A DNA stretch of 64,000 nucleotides from Candidatus Nomurabacteria bacterium (lineage in GTDB: Bacteria; Patescibacteriota; Minisyncoccia; Phycocordibacterales; CALRBL01): contig CAWIDS010000001.1 of the NCBI GenBank assembly GCA_963834935.1, positions 301,500-365,499 of the forward strand, in the 5' to 3' direction. Made by a program: the position numbers and the translations under genes. The notes beneath the pieces are model-generated. The model saw only the letters and a list, made by a program, of their open reading frames with translations, did no database searches and had not been told where the DNA came from. How positions within the stretch are numbered: position 1 is the stretch's first letter; every line of letters starts with the position of its first letter. Positions 40,552 to 48,652 of this stretch are shown here, in pieces.

Positions 40552-41741
40552 TTACGCTTCCGGGAATACTTCCGGGAATAACTGAGCCTCCAGCTCCTGT
40601 AGGTTGCTGGGAATGACCTCTTCCAAGGGTTCAGGAAGAGAAGGTACCGACTTTTCGCCGCCTCGTTTCGCCGCCTCGTTTCGATGCTGCTGATGACGAA
40701 CGCTACGGCAGCGAGCCATTCCGAGCCCGTACCACGGGCACGGGTTGGCTCGCGTCGAACTGCAGATGTTATTCTCGCAGTCGGTTTGACGGCTGCGTTC
40801 GAAACCTCCGCTGATGCAGATACGCACGATTTCGACAATCCTTTCGTAAGGGATCTTCGATTTTGGACGGGCATGCGTCTTCGTTCCATTAGCAACAATG
40901 GTTACCTCCCCATCGGCACGAGTAACCCCATACCAGCAGTCTTTGTTGCTGATCTGCCCCCCAATAGCGAGGTCTTTCCAGGCAATGTTTCCCAAGTTCC
41001 CTTCCTCACTCCGAAGCGCACAGATGATGTCAAGCGCTGCTTTACGGAGTTTCTTACGAGGATCGAAGTAGATTTGGGTCCCTTCTTCCCCGAACTTGAT
41101 TAAGACATTGATCCTCCCTCCGTGGTCGGACCGGGCGTAGGCCACCGTTTCCATAGAATCCGATTCGATGTACCCGAACAGCAAAGGCTGATCGCTGACA
41201 CCTTTCACCCCCTCCACCTGAATCTTCAGGTCGTATTCGTCTTTGACGACCACATCGATGAAGCGCTTTTGTTGCGTGTAGTACTCTCCCAGCAACATCA
41301 GCGTAACGTCGATCGACTTCTGAGGGTCGTTAGGGTAGTTGTTGTTATACAACTTCACGATTGCCTCCAAATCCATGAAGCCCAGGTTCGGTTGCGTGTC
41401 AGCGTTCAATGAATAGGAGAGGAGTTTTCTAAAAACTTCCTGATCCGCAAGTCCCATGGCCTCAGCCATGAGAATGGCGGTCGATTTCCCTTCTTTTCTC
41501 CCCCCTTCTGCAGCTTGTCATCGAAACGGCCGTGGCCGATTCCGAGTAACAAGTATCCGGCCTTTTCGAACTGCGTCTCAGACATGTTGCCTTGCAACTT
41601 GTTCCAAAACAGCAGTTCCGCCGTTGTTATGCCTGGGAAAACCTTTTCCCCCCCGATGATGCGCGCAAACCAATACGCCAAAATCTCATCGAGATGCGGG
41701 CCCGTGTGGAACACCACATGTTTAACTACTGTCGTTTTCAT
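40552..41741 (-). CDS. MYG1/DHH-like putative phosphoesterase with Cys-rich C-terminus, split by one frameshift near 41485
   Basis: FHTGPHLDEILA, LLGIGHGRFDD, then KSTAILMAEAMG in the next frame; C-terminal C-x-C cluster. Confidence 0.55.
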
Positions 41742-41839
41742 CCGATTACCAATCTAAGGGGCAAATAACCCCAGTTGTTTTTATTAAAGAGCAACCACGA
41801 AGTTCCAATATAGAACCACCGCTTCTTTAAACTGGCCTT

Positions 41840-41868
41840 ATTATAGCATGTATATATGCAAAAGTCAA
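41840..41868 (-). promoter_or_regulatory. Sigma70 promoter for the MYG1-like gene
   Basis: TTGACT-17nt-TATAAT with TG extension. Confidence 0.75.
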
Positions 41869-41890
41869 TTAACTTTTATTTAGATTTTAT

Positions 41891-41966
41891 TGGTCGGAGT
41901 GCAGGGATTCGAACCCTGAGTCGCTTGATCCCAAATCAAGAATGTTAGCCGTTACACCACACTCCG
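41891..41966 (-). tRNA. tRNA-Pro(UGG), CCA encoded
   Basis: CGGAGTG acceptor stem, CTTGA-TTTGGGA-TCAAG, CAGGGTTCGAATCCCTG, ACCA end. Confidence 0.95.
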
Positions 41967-41993
41967 AAGAACCACAGCTTAGCACACATTCTA

Positions 41994-42386
41994 TTAAATG
42001 ATAAGGTTTTCAAGGTGCTCTATCCTATAAAGCTCGTGAGTACCTCTTTTTATGACTACCGTGATAACAGAAAATTCCCATTCGACTTCATCAGAGACTT
42101 CCCTTTCAGCTAAATATGTCTGAATTGTCCTTTTGAGCCTTCGAATTTTCCATTTATGGACATTATCCTCAGGCCTATACCAGTTTGTCCCATTAAAAAA
42201 GAAGTTCGACGTAATAGTTTTAACCTCTATAAAGTACATAATCCCCTTTTTTGATGCAATAATATCCAACTCACCCCATTTCTTAAGGTAATTTCGCTCA
42301 ATTATCGTATAGCCTGATTTTTCTAGAAAGTTACATGTGTAACTTTCACCAATGTCTCCTACTTCTCTTTTTAAGGTTTTAGCCAT
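41994..42386 (-). CDS. yraN: YraN (UPF0102) family endonuclease-like protein
   Basis: GDIGE, GYTIIERNY, GELDII, FIEVKT. Confidence 0.9.
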   Translation of the reverse strand: MAKTLKREVGDIGESYTCNFLEKSGYTIIERNYLKKWGELDIIASKKGIMYFIEVKTITSNFFFNGTNWYRPEDNVHKWKIRRLKRTIQTYLAEREVSDEVEWEFSVITVVIKRGTHELYRIEHLENLII

Positions 42387-42644
42387 GATTACCTCTGATG
42401 TTACATGTGTAACATTAGTTTTGTATAAAAAATAAGTAAAGTAAATCTAAAATATCTAGATAACATGGTTACATGTGTAACAAATTAAGTATATTTCACG
42501 TGAAACATTAGAATGGCTTAAAATATAGATAAAAGCCATGTTCTTAAGCCAAAAAGTCTGTCTTTTATACACATATCCCCCGACTTATCCCCAGAAAGGT
42601 TGATAAATATAAGGACTAAAGGAAAAAGTCAAAGACAATTTTTG

Positions 42645-42715
42645 TGCGGGTAGAGAGAATCGAACTCTCGTCTACTGCTTGGAAGGCAGTCATTCTACCA
42701 CTAAACCATACCCGC
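42645..42715 (-). tRNA. tRNA-Gly(UCC)
   Basis: GCGGGTA acceptor stem, ACTGC-CTTCCAA-GCAGT, GAGAGTTCGATTCTCTC. Confidence 0.95.
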
Positions 42716-42740
42716 ATTGATCTGACAGGGAACATTATAT

Positions 42741-42821
42741 CAGGACTCGTTCCTTACGGGAAAGGTCTAGAGTCCTGGCGGGAGCACAATCGCTTTGCTC
42801 TTGTGCTCCCGCCAGGACTCG
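42741..42821. repeat. Perfect 20-bp inverted repeat of the tRNA-Arg 3' end plus a 9-bp direct copy
   Basis: GAGTCCTGGCGGGAGCACAA 42770-89 versus TTGTGCTCCCGCCAGGACTC 42801-20; CAGGACTCG at 42741-49 and 42813-21. Confidence 0.9.
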
Positions 42822-42875
42822 AACCTGGAACAACAGTTCCGAAGACTGTTGTGATATCCATTTCACCACGGGAGC
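42804..42875 (-). tRNA. tRNA-Arg(UCG)
   Basis: GCTCCCG acceptor stem, ACAGT-CTTCGGA-ACTGT, CCAGGTTCGAGTCCTGG. Confidence 0.93.
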
Positions 42876-42934
42876 GTCGTTGCATCATACAATGATTAGC
42901 TTAAAATTAAAAGGTATAATAGTATTTGTTGACA

Positions 42935-44401
42935 ATGATCAAAAATATATCCAAAAATATTCCTGAAACTGTTTCACATGTAACTCAAACCCTGAAAAAG
43001 GCGGGTTTTGAGGCATATATTGTGGGTGGCTGCGTAAGGGACCTCATTTTAGGTCTTAAGCCAAAGGATTGGGATGTGACGACAAACGCTACTCCGGAAC
43101 AGATAATACCCTTATTTACCAACACTTTCTATGAGAATGACTTTGGAACGGTCGGGATGGTGAACCAGGACGTTTCTGATGAAACGTTGAGGGTGATAGA
43201 AGTCACTCCATACAGGGTAGAAAGTGGTTACAGTGACATGAGGCACCCTGATGAGGTTAAATTCAGCCAGAGCCTAGATGAAGACCTTAAACGAAGGGAT
43301 TTCACCATGAACGCCATTGCTTGCGATACTGAGCTTGTAGATCCTCATAAAGGACAAGAAGATATCAGTGAGAGAATAGTGAGGACGGTAGGGGATCCGG
43401 ATAAACGCTTTCAGGAAGATGCCTTGAGAATGTTAAGGGCAATTAGATTTACTGCCGTATTAGGCTTCCAGATAGAATCGAAAACAAAGGAAAGTATACT
43501 TAAAAATAAAGGGCTGTTGGAATTTGTATCAAAAGAAAGGATCCGCGACGAGTTCATAAGGATAATCCTCTCAAAGAACCCTCAAAAAGGTCTTGAAGCC
43601 TGTATTGAAGCGGGAATAATGTCCTATATAATTCCGGAGCTTGAGGAAGGTATTGATATAGGACAAAATAAAGCCCACAAATATAACGTTATTGAGCATC
43701 TATTAAGGACATTGCAATGCGCAGCCGACAAAGACTATTCTCTGGAGCTTCGATTGGCGAGCCTTCTTCACGATATAGGGAAGCCCCGATCGAGGCGTTG
43801 GGCTGATGATAAAAAAGAATGGACATTCTACGGACATGATGTCATTGGAGCAAAAATGGCAGAGAAGATTCTTGATCGTCTGAAATTTCCGCGAAAGACA
43901 ATTGATCTCGTAAAAAAATTCGTGCGATGGCATATGTTCTTTTCTGATACGGAACATATTACTCTTTCTGCTGTCAGGAGAATCGTTGTAAATATAGGAA
44001 GGGATAATGTATGGGACCTGATGAATCTCCGTGTGTGCGACAGAGTAGGGACCGGTCGACCGAAAGAGAATCCGTACAGGCTTCGAAAATACAAATCGAT
44101 GGTTGAAGAAGCGCTGCGTGACCCTATATCAGTTGGGATGCTCAAGCTCGATGGCAAGGATATCATAGCTGTCACAAAATCAAATCCTAGCCCTAAAATA
44201 GGCCATATTTTGCACGCGTTGCTGGAAGAAGTATTGGAAGATCCTTTATTGAATACCGAAGAATATCTCAACAAAAGAGCAGTTGAACTAAATGAATTGC
44301 CTGCAGACGAACTTGAAAAGATAGGCAAGAGCGGAAAGGAAAAAAAGGCTGAGGAAGAAGAAAAAGAAATTGAAGAGCTTCGCAAAAAATATTTCCTATA
44401 A
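42935..44401 (+). CDS. cca: CCA tRNA nucleotidyltransferase with HD domain
   Basis: VGGCVRD, DWDVTT, DLKRRDFTMNA, EDALRMLRAIRF, LLHDIGKP. Confidence 0.93.
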   Translation: MIKNISKNIPETVSHVTQTLKKAGFEAYIVGGCVRDLILGLKPKDWDVTTNATPEQIIPLFTNTFYENDFGTVGMVNQDVSDETLRVIEVTPYRVESGYSDMRHPDEVKFSQSLDEDLKRRDFTMNAIACDTELVDPHKGQEDISERIVRTVGDPDKRFQEDALRMLRAIRFTAVLGFQIESKTKESILKNKGLLEFVSKERIRDEFIRIILSKNPQKGLEACIEAGIMSYIIPELEEGIDIGQNKAHKYNVIEHLLRTLQCAADKDYSLELRLASLLHDIGKPRSRRWADDKKEWTFYGHDVIGAKMAEKILDRLKFPRKTIDLVKKFVRWHMFFSDTEHITLSAVRRIVVNIGRDNVWDLMNLRVCDRVGTGRPKENPYRLRKYKSMVEEALRDPISVGMLKLDGKDIIAVTKSNPSPKIGHILHALLEEVLEDPLLNTEEYLNKRAVELNELPADELEKIGKSGKEKKAEEEEKEIEELRKKYFL

Positions 44402-44620
44402 AAACGAAAACACGCCCCGAAATAAATAAATGGGTACGTGGTTTCTAAAGAAGCACCGAGCCGTCGTTCGCGAAATTTATCTCAAAAAATAAACTAAAAG
44501 TGAAAATAATATTTCGACTGCGCGGCAAAGCACCCTTTGGAAAGAACTATCTTCTGATCATCACCGATTAGTGACATCAACAAACACTTTTTAAAATTAT
44601 CCTTGATCAGTAAGTCCTGA
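44401..44620 (-). ncRNA. Candidate structured ncRNA convergent with cca
   Basis: Minus-strand TTTACA-16nt-TACAAT promoter (44625-52); stems CTGATCA/TGATCAG, GCCG/CGGC, CGAAAT/ATTTCG; terminal terminator-like hairpin. Confidence 0.4.
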
Positions 44621-44748
44621 GTAAATTGTATCAGTAATAAAAGACATGTAAAGGACAACAAGTGTAAACTGGGGATAACTTCACACATCTCCCTTAACGA
44701 CATAATTCAGTATTTGAAAAAATGAAGTCGGAGGAGTAGAATGTATGA

Positions 44749-44934
44749 ATGATAAGCAAAAAAGATTCAGAAAATGACCATAGGTACATTCGGGGCCTTA
44801 AATTTATGGCGGGTGCCAAGCTGTATGATATTTTGCATAAAAATAAGAAAGATAAAGAAGTAGAAAGTGAGCTACAAAAGCAGGTAACTGAACTTCAGGA
44901 AAGACTTAAGAAGTTAGAAGAGGGTCAAAAGTAA
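44749..44934 (+). CDS. Small coiled-coil passenger protein in the IS
   Basis: 61 aa, upstream GGAGGAG, C-terminal ELQKQVTELQERLKKLE; hairpin near 44990-45023 downstream. Confidence 0.45.
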   Translation: MISKKDSENDHRYIRGLKFMAGAKLYDILHKNKKDKEVESELQKQVTELQERLKKLEEGQK

Positions 44935-45065
44935 AATTTGACTTTATCCACTTTCCCGATTAGTATCTGAAACCTGCCTCAAGGTATAATAAAATCCGCC
45001 TTCCAGTTGGAAAGCGGATTTATCGCAAGATTTATATTACTTTTCAACCTAAGGCCCGATTAACT

Positions 45066-45281
45066 TTAAGGTTGAAAAGGAGACGGAACAGGCATTTTCA
45101 TTACGACATCAGCCATCTTTCCTAACTGAACTTCAGTTTCGGAAGTTAGCTCTTCGCGGGTGAAGATGCCTTTTCTTATTAACAACTCCGCAATAGAAGC
45201 CATTGTGGCAGTGTTAATATTTTGAAACACGCTTGGGCCAATTCTGGGAAGCATCGTTTCAATGAATTTTTCGTTTTTCAT
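45066..45281 (-). CDS. Small hypothetical passenger protein in the IS
   Basis: 71 aa with ELLIRKGIFTREEL helical motif. Confidence 0.55.
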   Translation of the reverse strand: MKNEKFIETMLPRIGPSVFQNINTATMASIAELLIRKGIFTREELTSETEVQLGKMADVVMKMPVPSPFQP

Positions 45282-45457
45282 TGGTCTTTGGTATTTACAC
45301 TATCTTTCTCTCAACCTAAAAGAGTGGGGCGTTTGTGTCGACCTCACCTATTAAAACCGCCCACTTATTATCTGAACATTTATTCTGATACTAAATGTGT
45401 GATTCTAACTCGGCGCAATCATGGGTGGAAACTGGTTAGAAAACAAAAAAGAGACAA

Positions 45458-45640
45458 ATAAAAAAACCCGTTTCAACGACTCTAGCGAAGGGCGAGCAAC
45501 AAGACTTTCGTTTTTGTTGTTTTGCCTTTTCAGGCGTTGGACTTTTAATCCTTCGCCAGATGCGTTGTAACAGGTTCTACCTGCTTGTTGCTCTACTTAT
45601 TGAGGGAGTCCAAACCCTACTCTTTATTAAGTAACTTTGG
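45458..45640 (-). ncRNA. Candidate structured RNA carried by the IS1595 element
   Basis: Promoter TTGACT-17nt-TATCAT (45646-74); nested stems; GAAA tetraloop; T7 run after the outer stem. Confidence 0.55.
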
Positions 45641-45698
45641 AGAGTATGATACACTAATACGATATAAAAGTCAAACATGACCAAAAACCAATTTCTCT

Positions 45699-46571
45699 CT
45701 ATCTTGAAGCGTGCAATAAAGCACCGAGCAAAACCCCAAAGCGTTCCCTGTCGTTGCCTCGATTGTTGTAATGAAAGACAAAAGCGTCAAGGTAAGCCTG
45801 TAGGTGTTGCTTCGAAATGACCTTGTAAGTGCCTTTGATGCTTCTCTTTAGGTGAGCCACGAAAGTCTCAATGGTGTTGATATGAATATCACCTCTCACG
45901 TATTCTCCTTTGCTGTGGTCAACCGAGTGTCGGTCGTAAGTCTTATCAGATCTTTTGTATACCTTGCTACTGTCGGTGATGATGCTTGTAGCCTTAGTCT
46001 CGATATTCCTTTCAATGAAGTCCTGCATTGTCCTCGCAGAGCTGTCTTCCATGACTTCCGCTCTCATCTTTCCATATCGCTCTACCGCCATGGTGATGAT
46101 TGATTTTCTAGCCATTACTTGTCCTAGCTTTTCATTATTCTTTCCTGCGTTCCCTTTGCCTCCGAAGTAAGCAGTATCTATCTCCACGTCTCCTTTGAGC
46201 TTTAACTTGTCCTGTGGCAAAGCCTTGCGTATCAGGCTCAATATCCTCCAAGCGCACTTGTAGGTAACTCCAAGCTGTCGTTCCAGTTCCTTAGCCGAGA
46301 TACCGCTCTTGGCGTTTGAGAAGATAAAGATTGCATGAAACCACAAGGATAGTGGAGTATCTGACTTGTGGAAGATTGTAGTCGAAGCAGGGGCAATCTG
46401 AAAACGACACTTCGAGCATTGATACTGCTTGCGACCCTTTATCTGTCGGTACGTTCCGCCACATGAGCAAGAACGGCTGTGCAAGGTATCGAATATCAAG
46501 TCTAAGCATGTCTCGTCTGTGGGGAAGTCCCTCCTTAAATCTGCTATTGAGTATTTTGTTTCTTTTGCCAT
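45699..46571 (-). CDS. IS1595-family DDE transposase
   Basis: N-terminal zinc ribbon (CSCG..CSKC), TIFHKS..PL..WF, GISAKELERQLGV, VEIDTAY, IITD, HINTIE, HLQAYLD. Confidence 0.95.
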   Translation of the reverse strand: MAKETKYSIADLRRDFPTDETCLDLIFDTLHSRSCSCGGTYRQIKGRKQYQCSKCRFQIAPASTTIFHKSDTPLSLWFHAIFIFSNAKSGISAKELERQLGVTYKCAWRILSLIRKALPQDKLKLKGDVEIDTAYFGGKGNAGKNNEKLGQVMARKSIITMAVERYGKMRAEVMEDSSARTMQDFIERNIETKATSIITDSSKVYKRSDKTYDRHSVDHSKGEYVRGDIHINTIETFVAHLKRSIKGTYKVISKQHLQAYLDAFVFHYNNRGNDRERFGVLLGALLHASR

Positions 46572-46625
46572 GTACCTATCCTATACCCTAGTGATTATGT
46601 TGTCAAGGGATAAGTGTGGATAACT

Positions 46626-47393
46626 TTATTTCAGCTCAAGCAAAAGAGGGCAGTGATCTGAACCAGTTATATCTTCATATATGCTTGCCTTCTTGATCTT
46701 GTCCTTTAAGTCTTCGCTCACGAAGAAATAGTCTATTCTCCAGCCAACATTCCTTTCCCTCGCGAAGGTCTTCATATCCCAGTAGGTATATTTATCCTTG
46801 ATGTCTCCGTTCTTGAAACGGAAAGTATCTATGTAGCCGTGGGAAATGACTTTGTCGATCCATTTCCTTTCCTGGGGAAGGAATCCAGTGTTCATTGCAT
46901 TTTCCTTTGGTCGCGCAAGATCTATTTCCGTGTGGGCAGTATTCACATCACCACAGAAAATCACGGATACCCCTTTCTTTTTTAATTTGTCGACATATTC
47001 CAGAAAGGCATCGTAATATTTCATCTTGAAGTCCAAGCGGATAGGGCCACCTCCGCCATTAGGGAAGTAGATATTTATAAGAGTGAATTCCTCGAAATGG
47101 AGGGCGATAAATCGTCCTTCCTGATCGAGTTCTTCGACTCCAAGGCCATAATCAATGTTCAGAGGAGCTATTTTCGTATATATAGCCACTCCACTATAAC
47201 CCTTTCTCCCTTTTGAATGGTCAAAATAAGCTATATAACCCTTTATTTCTTTGAGTTCTAGCGGAAGCTGGTCAGGATGAGCTTTCGTTTCCTGAAAGCA
47301 GAACATATCCGGCTTTTCTTTGATGATCCAATTAAGCTTTCCTTTCTTATGCCAAGCCCGTATACCGTTTACATTCCATGAGATTATTTTCAT
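46626..47393 (-). CDS. xth: Exodeoxyribonuclease III
   Basis: SWNVNGIRA, QETK, GYSGVA, GDVNTAH, GWRIDYF, GSDHCP. Confidence 0.96.
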   Translation of the reverse strand: MKIISWNVNGIRAWHKKGKLNWIIKEKPDMFCFQETKAHPDQLPLELKEIKGYIAYFDHSKGRKGYSGVAIYTKIAPLNIDYGLGVEELDQEGRFIALHFEEFTLINIYFPNGGGGPIRLDFKMKYYDAFLEYVDKLKKKGVSVIFCGDVNTAHTEIDLARPKENAMNTGFLPQERKWIDKVISHGYIDTFRFKNGDIKDKYTYWDMKTFARERNVGWRIDYFFVSEDLKDKIKKASIYEDITGSDHCPLLLELK

Positions 47394-47397
47394 ATAT

Positions 47398-48324
47398 TTA
47401 TTTCTTATTATGGAAATTCTTATACACATCGCGAAGATGCTTGTCAGTGACATGGGTATAGATCTGAGTGGTGTTTATATTAGCGTGACCGAGAAGCATC
47501 TGGACAGCACGAAGGTCAGCGCCGTTCGAAAGCAGATCCGTAGCGAAGACATGCCGGATGACATGCGGGGTCACTTTTTTCGATATACCCGCTTTGATAG
47601 CATAATATTTTACGATCCGTTCAATCGAGCGGCGTGTCAGCCCCATTTCGCCTTTGTCTGATTTCCTTTCGTTTGATATCTTCACGAAGAGCGGGTCATC
47701 GAGATCTTTTCTCAGTGAAAGATATCGTTTTACTGCTTCTTTTGCCTCTTGAGAAAGGAAAACCACCCTTATCTTTCCGCCTTTTCCACGGATAGACAGC
47801 TCGTCCACTTTCAGGTCGATATCTCGAGAAAGGGAACAAAGCTCGGACACACGCAAGCCGGTAGAAAAAAGAAGTTCCAAGATCGCTTCGCCCCGCGCTT
47901 TTTTCAGAGGTTCTTTTTCGCTCTTTGGTGCGTCGAGAAGCCTCTTCAATTCTTCTTGTGTAATCAGATCGAGAGATCGTTCTGACACTTTTGCCAGCTC
48001 GATCTGGTCCGCTGCAAGGGAAGAAGCTCCACGCTTTGCAAGGTATTTGAGAAAGGAGCGCAAGGCGATGAGATAGTAGTTCTGTGTCTTTTTCTTCATC
48101 GTGTCGCCAGTCGAACGGTTATTTCCTTGTGATTGGCGGTTGAGCCAGAGCCTGAACTCCCGAATGACGTCTTCGGTGATGTCTTTCGGATCCTTCGCCT
48201 TGGTATGTTCGAGAAAAACCGACAAATAGTGGTCATAATTCCTCACTGTATTCAAAGCGCGGCCCTTTTCTATCTCGATATACTCAAGGAATTGCTTCTT
48301 AAACTCCGAAAGATTGTGCGACAT
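47398..48324 (-). CDS. XerC/XerD-type tyrosine recombinase
   Basis: LFSTGLRVSEL, GKGGK, TPHVIRHVFATDLL, LLGHA..TTQIYTHV; housekeeping context. Confidence 0.9.
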   Translation of the reverse strand: MSHNLSEFKKQFLEYIEIEKGRALNTVRNYDHYLSVFLEHTKAKDPKDITEDVIREFRLWLNRQSQGNNRSTGDTMKKKTQNYYLIALRSFLKYLAKRGASSLAADQIELAKVSERSLDLITQEELKRLLDAPKSEKEPLKKARGEAILELLFSTGLRVSELCSLSRDIDLKVDELSIRGKGGKIRVVFLSQEAKEAVKRYLSLRKDLDDPLFVKISNERKSDKGEMGLTRRSIERIVKYYAIKAGISKKVTPHVIRHVFATDLLSNGADLRAVQMLLGHANINTTQIYTHVTDKHLRDVYKNFHNKK

Positions 48325-48379
48325 AAACAAATTATAACATATTGCAAAAAGGATGCGTTTATGGTAATGTTTCGTGACA

Positions 48380-48652
48380 ATGTTAACAAAAGCAAAAAAG
48401 CAGAAAATCATCAAAGAAGTCAAAATTCACGATACTGACACCGGTTCCTCCGAAGTGCAGATTTCCCTTATAAGCAAAAGGATCGATGAATTGGCAAAAC
48501 ACTTGAAGAAAAATCAGAAAGATAACCACTCCCGAAGGGGCCTCCTTCAGCTTGTGGCCGACCGCCAGTCACATTTGAAATACCTCCAGAAAAAGAGCCC
48601 AAAGCGCTACCAGTCGATTACCAAAAAACTCGAACTTAAGAAGAAAGCCTAA
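48380..48652 (+). CDS. rpsO: 30S ribosomal protein S15
   Basis: DTGSSEVQI, HLKKNQKDNHSRRGL. Confidence 0.97.
   Translation: MLTKAKKQKIIKEVKIHDTDTGSSEVQISLISKRIDELAKHLKKNQKDNHSRRGLLQLVADRQSHLKYLQKKSPKRYQSITKKLELKKKA

Larger units (their letters stand above)
42329..43186. promoter_or_regulatory. Cluster of parS-like palindromes
   Basis: AGTTACATGTGTAACT 42329-44, TGTTACATGTGTAACA 42399-414, GGTTACATGTGTAACA 42467-82, TATTTCACGTGAAACA 42492-507, TGTTTCACATGTAACT 42970-85, degenerate CGTTTCTGATGAAACG 43171-86. Confidence 0.85.
44682..46618 (-). mobile_element. Complete IS1595-family transporter IS, 1,937 bp
   Basis: TIRs CACACATCTCCCTTAACGACATAAT (44682-706) and reverse-complement CACACTTATCCCTTGACAACATAAT (46594-618), 21/25 identical; 8-bp target duplication GATAACTT at 44674-81 and 46619-26. 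Confidence 0.92.

Noticed and set aside
44494-44703. 69-aa minus-strand ORF
   Set aside because: It starts inside the IS terminal repeat and crosses the insertion junction; no protein-like features
45575-45640. Guide-like matches between the IS RNA and the target flank (AAAGTTA, CAACAAG)
   Set aside because: Only 7-nt matches in AT-rich DNA, expected by chance; not evidence for bridge-RNA-like targeting without covariation data
47398-48324. Tyrosine recombinase as a prophage or island integrase
   Set aside because: Xer-like size and motifs, flanked by xth and rpsO, with no att repeats or phage genes seen
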